Assembly (NCBI GenBank): GCA_964016885.1
Contig: OZ024745.1
Span: forward strand, 112,344,001 to 112,408,000
Length of the DNA: 64,000 nt
Direction of reading: 5' to 3'
Origin: Eledone cirrhosa
Taxonomy: Eukaryota
Part shown: in pieces, positions 14,670-28,122 of the stretch
Layout: every line of letters starts with the position of its first letter
How positions within the stretch are numbered: the first letter of the stretch is position 1
Notes under the pieces: model-generated
What the model was told of the DNA's origin: nothing
What the model saw: only the letters and a program-made list of their open reading frames with translations
The model's database searches: none
Made by a program: the position numbers and the translations under genes

Positions 14670-15191
14670 TAAAACGAAAAGAAAATGCTGACAAATTGTT
14701 CCCAGTGAAAAATAGTTTAATTAGGAATAAGTAAAAATTAGTAATAAGTATTGGTTAGTATTCAGTTTTAGTTTTAAGTTTTTACCTGTTGCGCATTTCT
14801 AATGCTTTTCAAGATAGAGCGCCCGTGATATTTGCTCTAATCTGATTAGTTTTGGAAATTCTACCTGTTTTATGTGAAAAAAGTGGCTCCAGAGGTATTA
14901 AAATGAGTTTCGCGCCAATTCGTGTTGCAAAAATTCTTGTGGTCTAAACAATTTTGATTGGTCGGTAGAGGTCACGTGAATGTTAAAAATTGATTTTGCG
15001 CCAAATGTAGGTTTGTCGAAGAGTGTCCTTTTTCGCCTGATTGAGAAGTCACTGAAAAATAAGTCTTTTAAGACAAATATGTGTGTGTGTGTGTAGTAAA
15101 GAGGTTCATTGTTGTGATAATGGTGAGTAGGGATGTGTGTGTGAATTGCAGTCATGTTGAAAGGTCAACAGTTCAGGTGCCTATTAAGACA

Positions 15192-15193
<2 letters not shown>

Positions 15194-15288
<95 letters not shown>
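15194..15288. repeat. (GT)n microsatellite
   Basis: Direct reading. Confidence 0.95.
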
Positions 15289-15289
<1 letters not shown>

Positions 15290-15961
15290 ACGAGGGCTGG
15301 ACAGAAGGTCTTCAGAGCAGAAACCCTCCCTCACGCAAGTGTTTGGTTCTATGCGTTTGGAATGTTTATATGTATCTTGTGTGCATGTGGGTGTGTGTTT
15401 CTATATTGCCCTGTTTTTATCTGTCACTTCCTTTTTTCTTCCTTCTCTCATGTGTCCTATGCTATCCTATATATATGGGGAACAGTCCTGTTTTTACACA
15501 AGTGTTAGTGAAGACGACCATTTTCAAGTTACAATGTCATTATTAAAACATTTTAATAATTTCCGATAAGAACTCTACAATTCGTTTGGAAAAACAAAGT
15601 TCTTAAGTTCACAATTTTGTCTGTGTTTCCAGACTCTCATGGTCTCATCGTCAGAAGTATTGTTTGTTTATTGTTACTGACTCTTTTATTGCAGGTATAT
15701 CTATTTTATGAAAATATATCAGCTCTTCTTAATTTGTCATCATTCTATGGCTTTTATATCGGAAGTTGATTCTTAAAGCTTGATCGTTGGACTTCCACAT
15801 CGCAAGTTATGGGTTCATGACGTACGTATGCTTCTATATAACTATTGCTTTTAATGGTCAGTGTAGAATTAAGGCTAAACAACAAAAACACAGGAAAAGT
15901 TTGCATAGTATATGTTTTAACTATTTAGTTATATATATCACATTGCCCCTAGTTGTATCAG

Positions 15962-16175
15962 AACGGTGGATTGACATTATCGGTAGAACGTCAGACAACA
16001 TGCTTTGTGGCATAGGAGTTACATCTCTTTACATTCTGAGTTCAAATCCCGGCGAGATTAGCTTCGCCTTTCATCCTTACGGAGTCGATAAAATAAAGTA
16101 CCAGTAACGCATTGGGGTCGAATTAAATGACTTTCCCTTCCAACAAAATTGTTGGCCTTGTGCCTAAATCCGAAA
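15962..16175 (+). mobile_element. SINE family 1, long form, diverged
   Basis: Matches the consensus. Confidence 0.8.
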
Positions 16176-16470
16176 TCGTTATATAGCTTTATTAAACTTA
16201 AAAAAAAAACTTAAAAAAAAAAAAAAAAAAAACCCTAACCCTAACCCTACTGAAATTAACTCATTTTAAAATACAGTATGTCGTACGATATCTGTAAGGT
16301 TAACATGTCATCAACTCATTATATAGTTAGGAATTCAAACTTCGTTATAGCACATTGTATCGTTATTCATTGTCTTATCTCAGACAACACTTTTTAGTCT
16401 CACATTTTGAAATTGTATTTTACACCAGTAGTATGAGCAGCCATTTGCAAAAAAAAATAAAAATAAATAA

Positions 16471-16505
<35 letters not shown>

Positions 16506-16549
16506 TACATACACTGCAAATGTTGAAATTTGCCAGAGAAAAAATAAAA

Positions 16550-16580
<31 letters not shown>

Positions 16581-16907
16581 TAAAATAAAATAAATAAAAT
16601 ATTCCACTAGTGGAAAATGGAAAAATCATAAAATAGATGTCTGTTGCTACTATTGTTTCATCGTGACCATGATGGTTATGGCTAGCAGTGTGTGATTATT
16701 GTCTCGAAACTGTAATGATAATACTATTCCTAAAAAAATGGGAATAACAAAGCAAAAATAAGTTTATATTCTATGATGGCATTAATTTTCTGACTAAAAG
16801 CCTATTATACAATAAGCTTTTAGTGCTGGGAATGGTTCATGTCACCATGTCAGCCGGTAATTGCATTATATGTTACATGGCCCTCTCTCCTAGACAGACA
16901 GGAGCGC

Positions 16908-16972
<65 letters not shown>

Positions 16973-16979
<7 letters not shown>

Positions 16980-17025
16980 GCATGTATGATGAGCTTGTGC
17001 GTGTCTACTTATGTATTTATGTATA

Positions 17026-17061
<36 letters not shown>

Positions 17062-17206
17062 AACCAGTAAGACCCCGACGGCTGAGCTCAAGCCGTTTCG
17101 ACGGCTAATTCTGGACTAATTTAGTCCTATTACCCACTCTACTACCCTAAGTATTGAGTACTTTGGTGCGTTATGGTCCACCTGGTTGCTTACCACATTT
17201 CCTTCG

Positions 17207-17263
<57 letters not shown>

Positions 17264-17378
17264 CGTTATTCCGGGTTGAATCGGAGGTAACCACAGTAAG
17301 TAAGGTACTCAATACATTGCAGAGTATAAAAGTTTTAATATAGATGAGATTAATATAGTAGAATCTCATCTATATTAA

Positions 17379-17428
<50 letters not shown>

Positions 17429-17474
17429 GCATGTATGATGAGCTTGTGCGTGTCTACTTATGTATTTATGTATA

Positions 17475-17510
<36 letters not shown>

Positions 17511-17655
17511 AACCAGTAAGACCCCGACGGCTGAGCTCAAGCCGTTTCGACGGCTAATTCTGGACTAATTTAGTCCTATTACCCACTCTACTACCCTAAG
17601 TATTGAGTACTTTGGTGCGTTATGGTCCACCTGGTTCCTTACCACATTTCCTTCG

Positions 17656-17726
<71 letters not shown>

Positions 17727-17841
17727 CGTTATTCCGGGTTGAATCGGAGGTAACCACAGTAAGTAAGGTACTCAATACATTGCAGAGTATAAAAGTTTTA
17801 ATATAGATGAGATTAATATAGTAGAATCTCATCTATATTAA

Positions 17842-17846
<5 letters not shown>
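16973..17846. repeat. About 450 bp tandem duplication of a composite of PLE terminal families A and B separated by (TA)n
   Basis: 16973-17382 is repeated at 17421-17846. Confidence 0.85.
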
Positions 17847-17879
<33 letters not shown>

Positions 17880-17881
<2 letters not shown>

Positions 17882-18130
17882 AAGGCGGGTAAAATTCCCG
17901 AGATCCATGGACGAGTTCTCTCCAGCGGTCTCTGTCCCTCATTATCGCTGCCATATCCTGCATCTCCAACAGACCAGTGTCTGTCCTTAGGGCATCAACA
18001 TATGTTAACCTTGGTCTTCCTCTTCTAGTGTGTCCATGTAGGCGCTCCCAAAGGAGCACTGAGTGCAATGTCAACTCTGGATGTCGGTGAGCATGTCCAG
18101 CCAACCTCAGTCTTCTCTGTGTCACTTTTG
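17880..18130 (-). pseudogene. RTE-clade LINE 3' end
   Basis: RRLRLAGHAHRHPE..VLLW..G..RRGRPRLTYVD..DTGL..DRDRWR, then a stop and (TA)n. Confidence 0.8.
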
Positions 18131-18297
18131 GTTCTTTATTTATTTCTCTCATAGGCTGAAAATAATTTTTTCTATCAATATATTTTCTTTGCGAAATTTG
18201 AAAAAAAATATTCTATGTATATGTATGGTATGTACGTACAAACGGGTATATATATATATATATGCGTGTCTACTTATGTATTTATGTATATGCATAC

Positions 18298-18470
18298 ATG
18301 AGATTCTACAGGACTAGAACTGTTTCATTCTTTAGAAATCATCAGATGATTTCTAAAGAATGAAACAGTTCTAGTCCTGTAGAATCTCATCTATATTAAA
18401 ACTTTTATACTCTGCAATGTATTGAGTACCTTACTTACTGTGGTTACCTCCGATTCAACCCGGAATAACG

Positions 18471-18471
<1 letters not shown>
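18298..18471 (+). mobile_element. Fold-back mini-insert of PLE terminal family B; palindrome centred in the hammerhead core
   Basis: 46 bp perfect inverted repeat (18298-18343 / 18345-18390) plus a one-sided tail of about 80 bp. Confidence 0.8.
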
Positions 18472-18502
<31 letters not shown>

Positions 18503-18847
18503 CATACATATATATATGCGGCAAATGAAATAAATAAATCAATAAATTAGTTAAAAGGAACATTTTGTAACTAATTTAATTTTGTAATCATTAATAAATA
18601 ATATTAATATATAATTATTTAAATATTTTTACCCGAATTATTGTTTAGAGAAAGACCTCAAATTTCATATAGCTTAGGGCCTCAGCAGGTGAAAATCCGG
18701 CCCTGTCGGGCGGATGAAAGACAGTACGTAAAGAATTGATACAAATAATTTAGACATGAGAGCAGGAATTTCCGTGTGGAGAGGAAAGTCAATTAAATCT
18801 ACCTTTGTATTTGATTGGTTTATTATTATATCAACCTCCTTGAGGTA

Positions 18848-19057
18848 GGTAGATTGGCAGTATCGGTAGAGCGTCAGACACCATGCTTTGTAGCATAGAG
18901 TTATGGCCCTTTACGCTCTGAGTTCAAATCCCGCTGAGGTTAACGTTGCCTTTCATCCTTACTGGGTCGATAAAATAAAACATCATTTTACAGTGGGGTC
19001 GATTTAATCGATTTTCCTCCTCCCTCAAAATTACTGGCCTTGTACCTATAGTAGAAA
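18848..19057 (+). mobile_element. SINE family 1, long form
   Basis: Matches the consensus. Confidence 0.85.
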
Positions 19058-20245
19058 TCATTATTATATCGACCCCCGTTCTGCAACGATCTGTAACTAA
19101 ATGCCGCTACATATTTTGTCCAACCCTCTAACGATTCTACCAATCCACCATCCTCATTGTAATGCTTAAAATAAATATAACTAAAATAAATATAACTTAA
19201 AATAAATATAACTGCTAAAAAAATTATATTTTCCACTTTGAACTAATCTATTTCTATTACTATAGCGACACTGAGACTTCAAATGGCATCTTTTTGAACT
19301 GAACACTACTCGCAGCTTATCTGATCTCCATAAATTCATATATAAATTCTTCGTTATCTCTGTTTAAATTACAAAATTGCACCAACGAAACCTAAAAGAT
19401 TGAAACACATGTATTTGAAATATTAGAGAATTAAATAAATTCTAAATAGATTAACTATATCATTAGTTGTTTTGTTTTGATTTTTTAAATTGATTTTTCA
19501 AATTTCATAAAGAGAATAAACCAATTTTAATAGAGAGAGATTTTCATTCTATAAAAAAATTACTAGCAAAATATTTATGTATGTATGTATGTATGTATGT
19601 ATGTATGTATGTATGTATGTATGTATGTATGTATGTATGCGTGTATGTATGTATGAACGTACGAAGGGATGTACGTAGGTTGTCTCTTTCTCTTAATTTT
19701 GAATTTATTTTGACTGGCCATCTTCTCGGAGGCAAGGTTGTAAAGAAAATGAAATTATCGTTGTCTCTTGTGTAAGCGTTCATCCTTTGAATCGTAAGAA
19801 TGTTTTACAGATTTTGAAAGTCCCAGATATCTCAGCCATTTGCAGCCTATGAATTAAGAAGCTACGTTCTTTCTCCATAAATCCAAGTTCATTCATACTT
19901 TGGTCCAGGTGTGTTGGTATATAACCTGTAATTCCAACAATTGTTTCTACCTTTGGCACAAGGCCAGCAATTACTCAGTACATTACTGGTACTTTATTTT
20001 ATCGACCCCGCAAGGATGAAAGGCAAAGTCAACCTCGGCGGGATTTGCTGTAGTTCCAATAATAATGGGTATGAAGCTAAACGTGTATCTTTAATAGTGA
20101 ATCTGCAAACTTCCCACCAATGGTCCGTAGGTTTCTTCATTCTCTTGTATTTTTCGTAGCACATTGATACCACGTGAACTGCTAACCTAAATCGTTCAAG
20201 AACCTCATTACTACAACAAACAAACAAACATTATTTAGGGCCAGA

Positions 20246-20431
20246 GGGCGGTGGATTGGCAGTATCGGTAGAGGGTCGGACGCCATGCTATGACGCATAG
20301 AGTTACGGCCCTTTCCAATCTGAGTTCAAATCCCGCCGAGGTTAACTTTGCCTTTCATCCTTGCGGGGTCGATAAAATAAAGTACCAGTAATGCACTGAG
20401 TAATTGCTGGCCTTGTGCCAAAAGTAGAAAC
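20246..20431 (+). mobile_element. SINE family 1, short form
   Basis: Full-length copy. Confidence 0.9.
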
Positions 20432-20499
20432 AATTATTTAGGGTCAGCCGATTACGGAAAGTCTACACCAAATGTATCTCTTTAAAATTAATCCTCATC

Positions 20500-20750
20500 C
20501 ACATACAACACTATGTAGACCTATGGGTTGTCAGTTTAGAAGTTCCTCCACACTCTTCTGTCTAGGAACAGCTAGGACTCCTCAATGGTCATTATTGTTG
20601 ATCCCCTCTTCTCCACTTCCTCTTAGTTGTTCTGGTTCCATCTTTTCCGTGGACATCCTAGTGGGCTTTTCGTATTCGGCTTTGAGTTGAGCCACCTCTT
20701 TGGAACTCTTGCGTCTTCAATACGCCAGATGCGATCTTCCGTGGGGCATG
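20500..20750 (-). pseudogene. Probable degraded RTE LINE 3' fragment
   Basis: Remnants of R.CPRKRW and DRRVWR. Confidence 0.4.
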
Positions 20751-21439
20751 TTAGTCCTTCAGAAGAGGGTATAGCATGCCTATATTGCTGCCATAAATGC
20801 CGAGGCCATAATCAGTCAGGACTGAACACCAAACGTTAAGCATTGTCCGAAGTCTCTCCCAACTGTTAGCGACAAACCCGTCATTAAAGATATCTCCCCG
20901 ACTGCCCTCATCAAAATGGTGCTCAGTAGAATACCCGGTCCACCAAGAGAAATAATAACAGTGAAAATAGTAGTACTCCAGTGGTGGTGTCGAACCAGAT
21001 CTTGTCAGCTTGTGGTCAGACTGCATTAATGCTGCCTCTGTAAATCACTTTAATGGCATGACAAAGTGGTAACAGGATGTTATATATTGTTTTACCAATT
21101 AATAAAGCACAAATTATAAACACATAAAATGTCTAAAAACCAATGTAATAGTAGTACAATAAGATAATCGATTACTTGAATAATTAAACAGAAACAAAAT
21201 AAATAAATAAATGATTGTACAGGTTATTTAGCTAACGGTTATTAAAATAAGCATTTATAGACAAACAGGTGTTATTACACTGTAAATGACAATTAAGATT
21301 TTGTAAATTTAATAAAAAAAAAAAAAAAATTAATGATTAATTAATTAACTCTTAAAATCTTTTAGCAAAATAATATCTAAAAACAGGTTTATTAATTCAG
21401 ATTTCTACAGGTCGCTGTGAAAAGTGGCAGTAAATGTTT

Positions 21440-23262
21440 AATAGATTATTAAATATTTTTGCTAAACATCCCAGACGAAATGCTTCAGTGGTTAACTGAG
21501 GGTAATACAAACTTAAGCCTCAAGACTAAAGAAACAACAAATAGCACAAACTATATATTCAGAACCCGTCTGCATACAGCTTACAAAAACTTTACCGCAG
21601 AAGTATCACGGAAGATAAATAATATGAAAGAGTAAAATTAACTTAAATAAGAAGAGAAATGATATGGCAAAGGCTCATGTAATGGTAAATATCAATTATC
21701 AATCAACAAAGCATAACCAATAACTGGGATCTAAGCATGGCATGCATTGACTATCAAAATACTTTGTTAGTGTTCCCTACTCCTGGTGTTTAGAAATATT
21801 TGCTATTGGTCTAGTTAGCAGGTGCATTAAAGAAGGAGTTATGGAGACACAAACGAAATAGGTAATTATGAAAACTACTTCTATCCCCAATAGAAGAAGA
21901 ATATTTTGCTGGAATTCCCTTTCTCCATTTCCTTCTGCCTGGTGTTAACACCTTGTCAGTCAATCAGGTGTCCGTAACTGATGCAGACAGTCATTGGGGC
22001 GCCATTCTAGACGTTTGATTATGTTCATCATAGAAATATTTGTTAGTGCTCATCTCCTCTTCAAGCGTACGACACCTGATAAACAGGTTAAAACACTGTT
22101 TCATACAACACTTGGATTCACTAGCGGAATTAATATGAAATTTGGTTTAGAAAAATGCACCGAGGCAACCTTGAAGAAAAGAAAACAGATGAAAACCGTT
22201 AATATCCTATTTGGTAAATAAACACGGATAAGAGACTTAGACCAAATATAGACTTACACATACTTAAGAATTCATTAACTCAATAGAGTACAAACACATT
22301 ATTCAAAGAAAACAACAACTTAAAAATGAATTACAGACGCATGAGATCAATACATAAGAGGTTAGTGCAAAAAAGAAGGCGATAGGCAACAAACTACATA
22401 CTAACTGTCACATCTACGAGTAATAGTTATAATATTTTCAACTGAATTAACAAGACTAGAGAGGAAAACAAGAAAAATAACAAACTACATTGAGAATATG
22501 TTACCTCAAAACCGACAGTATATAGGGAGGAAGGGCTTTCCACAGCTTGACAATCATTATAAAATAACTCTTGTGGAACTACCAAAATATCTGAAGGAAT
22601 AAGAGAAGCTAATGTAAAACATAAATAAAACATCAAATAAAAAACAGAAGTTGAAATATGAAGCAGTTATGGGAAGTATAGAGGAACAACAGAAATTGTT
22701 AAAGGAATTAAAAGCTTAGGTCAGAAAGGGGCCTACGGGAAGTCATGTTCAGATGATAGCAAGAAAAGTCTCAACAACAAAAATAGCTGACATGACGAGA
22801 CTGGACATAAGACAAAAGGATAAAGAAATATCTAATGACTGACTGAGAAGCATAGGACTCAGAGTTGATGCAAAATATTGAGCTGTTGCGGACCATGGCC
22901 ACAGAGTTTCCAACAGCAACTATCCAAAACATAAGAAAGCAGCATTTAAAAGGAAGAGCTGTATAAACTGTGGAAATTGTGAAGAAAAACAAGGTTGTTT
23001 TAATTAAATGAGAATATGTTTAGAGGTGAGACTGGGGTGGAACTTACATTTAGTGGAAATTATAGAAGCACTATGATATACGGACAAAAAAGAAATGTAA
23101 ATATATATCGAAAATATCTCAGAAAATCCCAAACAAACAACATTCTGTGATATAGTTATTGGCACAGATAGGGAAGTCAAGGATAATCAACCGGATATTG
23201 TTGTCAAAGACTAACAAGAAAGGAAATGTTTTTTGATCGATGTATCTGTTTCTATCGCCAAT
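21440..23262 (+). pseudogene. Heavily degraded R4/Dong-like LINE, RT through endonuclease
   Basis: [60 protein letters not shown]. Confidence 0.75.
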
Positions 23263-23340
23263 AACGCACACACATATATAATATATGAACACACACACAC
23301 ACACACGTACACACACACATAATATATATATATATATGTA

Positions 23341-23408
<68 letters not shown>

Positions 23409-23511
23409 ATATATATAAGTACATATATATATAATATATATATATAAATATATATATGTAAATGGAAAAGGATGAAACGAAATTTCATTTCTCACTCTTA
23501 GTATGTACGTG

Positions 23512-23558
<47 letters not shown>

Positions 23559-23565
<7 letters not shown>

Positions 23566-23876
23566 TACAAATATTAATAAAATAGATGTTCTTTTGATCA
23601 ATTACATTTATTATACATATTTCGGAGGTACAACACTACGTACGCCTCATCAGACAAAATATAATGATACATGACATACCCTGAGATGTTAAATGGTTAA
23701 GATTTAATCAAGAAATATGTTTAATAAAATGTAATTGATCAAAAGAACATCTATTTTATTAATATTTGTATTTTAATATTAATAACTCTGGAAAATTATT
23801 TACCGTAGAGTGCTTCCAATCTACTGTAAAACTCATTCTTTTATATACTCATTGAATCTTGTTTAACTTTTTACTA
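23559..23876. mobile_element. Inverted PLE terminal repeats between (TA)n tracts
   Basis: 23559-23613 is inverted at about 23722-23778; the right arm has an extra tail of about 100 bp. Confidence 0.7.
23607..23658 (-). ncRNA. Type I hammerhead ribozyme, minimal
   Basis: Minus strand: tttgt CTGATGA gg-c-gtac-gtagtgtt-gtac-ct-cc GAAA tatgta TA ataaa. Confidence 0.75.
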
Positions 23877-24052
23877 TATATATATATATATACCTATATA
23901 TATATACCTACACAGACACACTCATACACTCACACATATATTGATATAGATATAGTGAGAAGTACGTATTGTCAATGCAACTGAAGAAAATAGATCAAGG
24001 CTCACCGAAATGCACTCGATTGTAGAGCAATGGCTACTGAAATAATGATAAT

Positions 24053-24420
24053 TGTTTCTACGTTAGGCACAAGGCCAGCAATTACCCAGTGTATTACTGG
24101 TACTTTATTTTATCGACCTCGAAAGGATGAAAGGCAAAGTTGACCTCGGCGGGATTTGAACTCAGAATGGCAAGGGCTGTAACTCTATGCGTCAAAGCAT
24201 GGCGTCCGGTCCTCTACCGATACTGCCAATCCACCGCCCCAGTAATAATAATAATAATTATTATCGGTAGAGGGTTGGACACAATGCTTTCTAGCATAGA
24301 GTTACGTCCCTTTATGATCTGAGTTCAAATCCCGCCGAGGTCAACTTTGCCTTTCATCCTTACGGGGTCGATAAAATAAAGTACCAGTAATATGCTGGCC
24401 TTGTGCCTAAAGTAGAAACA
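24053..24420. mobile_element. Two SINE1 copies head to head (24053-24238 minus, 24264-24420 plus)
   Basis: Both match the consensus; they would form a long hairpin if transcribed. Confidence 0.85.
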
Positions 24421-24432
24421 ATTATTATAATA

Positions 24433-26150
24433 GTTTCATTTATTGGCCACAAGGGCCGACATATAATGGACAATACAAAAGACAGGGACAGTGCGGATTT
24501 ACATATATAGGGGCGGTGGAACTAGGGGTCCGGCGGTCCATGGCCCTCAACCCCCTAATGATTATATTTATCTCCCCCAAACTACCAAACCACCTGTCTA
24601 TTTGTATGTGCGCTACAATTTATGTACATGTTATTTAGAGATAGATATATATTTCTATTTATTTGCCACAGGGCATCAAAGATTGGGACAAATACAAAGG
24701 GGGGAGTTTACATACATTTAAAAAGACGTGTAAAAAAAATATAACGAATTAAATTTAACAATCGATGTCCTCAATAGGGAGGGGCGTTGACATGGATCGC
24801 ACACACCCCCGAAAAAATGTGCAACCCTCCTCTTCAGGAGCACAACGAGCGGGTGCTTCCTTCCACTTCTCATTCTTCTCCTCTCTCACCTACAGGCTGA
24901 TATAGAGAGAAGGCCCATTCACTCGGGCCATTCTCGCTACTTTCACCCACCTTTCATAAAACTTGCTGTGGTAGAGCACCTCTCTCACCATTCTGATCCT
25001 TCTTCTAAAGTGGTACTTGAAAAAAAGACCAGTTGTTGGCTGGAGAGAAAGGTGTCTGACCTTAGCCCTTTCAACCTTGTCCACCATACAACTTCTTTCG
25101 CCATAGCTATCACACAGAGGAAAACCGCCTCTCCTTCGTTTTTGAAAGGGGAGGAGGTTTGATCGTGACAATGTTCTCGGTGGTCAACCGGATTGGTCCC
25201 ACCCGCGACAGTAGTCGTTGCACATAGCCTCACAGGTCAGCAACGCCCGGGCAGTGTACGAATGCGTGTGCGACGGTTTCTTCGTCACACACGCATCTCG
25301 GACAGATCTTCTTCGAGGGGTCCCTACCCGGGCACCCGTATCTGTAGAGCTTGTCCCGAACGGGTAGAGCTCCTCGGTAACATTGCCAAGCCAGGAACTT
25401 TTGGAAGTTGTCCATCGGTCCCGGGCCAAACGTCCTACCGAAGAGACTGGCCAGCTCATCTTCCTCTATGCCCAGAGCCTCTCCGAGAGCGTCGTCGCAC
25501 TTACTGCGCACCAACCCTCTATAGAATGTTGAGGTTGAGTCTCCACTGATTGCCATATCCGCTTGCCAGAGGGCCGTGAGCGCCTGGGCACATTCAATGT
25601 GCCAGTCGCCCATTTTTCTCGGTCTTTGCTTGACCCAGGATTGCAGCTCGGTGAGTGAGACGAGTCTCGGAAAGGCTCGCCTCACAAACAGGGCCCACAC
25701 CGGCTGACCGGTGAGGAATACCTGGAGGTGCCGTAGCCTTAATGCGTGTCTACGCATCGTCAGCCACGGCATCCCCAGCCCTCCGTTCGAAGGGTGTTGA
25801 CAGCAGATGGATCTTCTCACCAAAGGAGCCCGCTTCTTCCAAAGAAATCGGAAGAGCGCACGCTCCATTTTGGCGAGTGTTTTCTCTGGGCAAGGCACGA
25901 CGGGCAAGCGGTAGTAGATGACGGACGCTATATAAGCGTTCGCCACCTCCGTTCGACCTTTCAGGGATAGTTTGCACTCGGCCCACTTCTGGTTCCTCCA
26001 GTAAGGTGCCGATCTGCCCGATTTCCGAGGCGCACGACACCATTACTGTCACGTCATCGGCGTAGGCCGACACCGCTTTCCGCAATCCCGGTTCCAAGGG
26101 GATGCCCTGCAACAGCTCCAGCTTCCGCAGTAGTGGCTCGAGAGCCAGGG
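24433..26150 (-). pseudogene. 5'-truncated L1/Tx1-like LINE: RT remnant, C-terminal CCHC and 3' UTR
   Basis: SAYADDVTV; FRFLW..GGLGMP; CPRC..EETVAHAFVHC; ends AATAAATGAAAC followed by a TAT-rich tail. Confidence 0.9.
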
Positions 26151-26740
26151 TGATAGTTGATATAGAGAGCGGATTGGGAGTGTTGTATGGTATATATAGA
26201 GAGGGGAGAGTTTGGTAGTGATAGATATAGGGAGAGAGAATGAGAGAGTGTTGTATGGTAGATATAGAGAGGGTTATATTTTGGTGGTAATTGATATAGA
26301 GAGGGAGGTTGGGAGAGTGTGTTGTATATTAGATATAGAGAGGGGGAGAGGGGGAGAGATTGATGTATATTGATATAGAAAGAGGGATTGGAAGAGGGAT
26401 CGGAAGAGAGTTCCCTGTAGTAGATATAGAGAAGGGGAGAGTTTGTGTTAATTGATATAGAGAGGGGGAGAATTTGGTGGTTGTAGATATACAGAGAGGG
26501 ATAATGGGAGAGTGCTGTGTAGTAGATATAGAGAGGTTGAGAGTTTAGGGGTGATTGACAAACAGAGGTGGATTGGGAGGGATAAGTTTAGATGTTTATA
26601 GAGAATGAGGTATTAGTCTTAGATATAGAGAGTGGGATAAGAGAGGCGATATCATGGTAGATATAGAGAGGGGTAGAGTTTGGTTTTAGTAGATACAGAG
26701 AGGGGGATTAAAAGAGAGTGTGATAGAAAGAGAGAGGCAG
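26150..26740. repeat. GA-rich minisatellite, unit about 30 bp (GATATAGAGAGGGGGAGAG...)
   Basis: GATATAGAGAG recurs throughout. Confidence 0.8.
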
Positions 26741-27973
26741 AGAGTTTGGTGGCACTTTCGGGTCCCAAATAATAGGAAACGTGACAATAATGGGAGGGGG
26801 GTGGGCTTGGAAAATCAGTAATTGTATAGTGTACGTTCGTAAATATGGGATTTCTTGTAATGTTATTCTTTTGTTATATATAATGTTTTTTAATGGTAGG
26901 GTGTGGAAAAAATCTGACAAATTAATAAGCGGTGGGTGGGGACGATAATTCAAGACCTTAGAGTACGTGAATTAATTAAAAAATAAAAAATTGTTATCAG
27001 AATTCTCCATTAGGGATCAGCAGCCCTAGGGGTATTTTAGAAATCTTTCAGATCGGAGTTATGAGCCGGAAATTGTCTAGTATGACTTCCTTATTGGTAT
27101 CTTCTGTCAATATCGTTACCATATCTTGGGTCACGTAGCTAGGAATTCCCTCTTTCTGCTGCTAGTTGTGGTAGACGTCTGCCAAGAGGTCACAGAACAA
27201 GTCTAGCATAATGTTCAAAGGATAGACCATCGAAACCGAGCGAATTGTGGCTTGTATGTTGGCGGCTGTAATAGGGCCGTCGCATCAAACCACCCCATTC
27301 GATAGTCACGGTTAGTCGACAAGGTAGGTGCTAAAGTCGACCGCTGTTTCCAACAATCTGTCGCTCCTATTGATAAATCATGTAAAGTGCCGTTGAAAGA
27401 CTGCCCACATCTGCACCTGAATTTGAATGCGAATATATCTGAATCGCATTAGTCCCCTTATGGGCAAAGAGTTTTTTTTATCAATTAGGTGCAAGGCCAA
27501 AGTTTTGTTGAATCACCGTAATGTAAATTAAATGAAACCTAATTCATTTTATTTTATCTACCTTGGAGTAATAAAAGGTGAATTAACCTCAGTGGGTTTT
27601 AAGATGTCACAAAATTGAAGCTATTTTATTGACCACAGAAAAGAGAAAAAGAATATCCGGCGCAAATTTGAACTTGAATCATGGAACGTTGAAACTATAC
27701 ATTGTCTATGATGACGGATTTTGTTAGGTACTTTCCTTTTTCTGTTAATTCCCTATTCCTATTTACTTCTCTTAAACGTAAAGAGATCTTTAGACTTGGC
27801 ACAATGTCTATTTTACAATATAGATGAAATATAGCCTATACAATACAACAATCCTAGATTTATAGCTCTTATTTTATTCGTCATAGCTCATGCATTGATC
27901 TTTGGGATAATTCACTGGATCAGTTCAGTGAGATTTTAAGTTCCGCTAACTGAAATAAGGAGGGAATAATAAT

Positions 27974-28122
27974 TGTTTCTACTTTTGGCACAAGGCCAGC
28001 AATTATGCCAGAGCATTACTGGTACTCTATTATATCGACCCCGTAAGGATAAAAGGCAAAGTTAACCTCGGCGGGATTTGAACTCAGAACGTAAAGGGTC
28101 ATGACTGTATGCTGTAAAGCAT
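27974..28122 (-). mobile_element. SINE family 1, partial
   Basis: Matches the consensus. Confidence 0.8.

Noticed and set aside
15606-15660. Minus-strand CTGACGA..agac/gtct..GAAA cacag/ttgtg hammerhead-like motif
   Set aside because: No UH site and no stem I pairing; at best a decayed remnant
16232-16249. (CCCTAA)3 telomere-like repeat after poly(A)
   Set aside because: Too short to support a telomeric origin
23976-24030. CTGAAGA...GAAA motif
   Set aside because: Stems I and II do not pair
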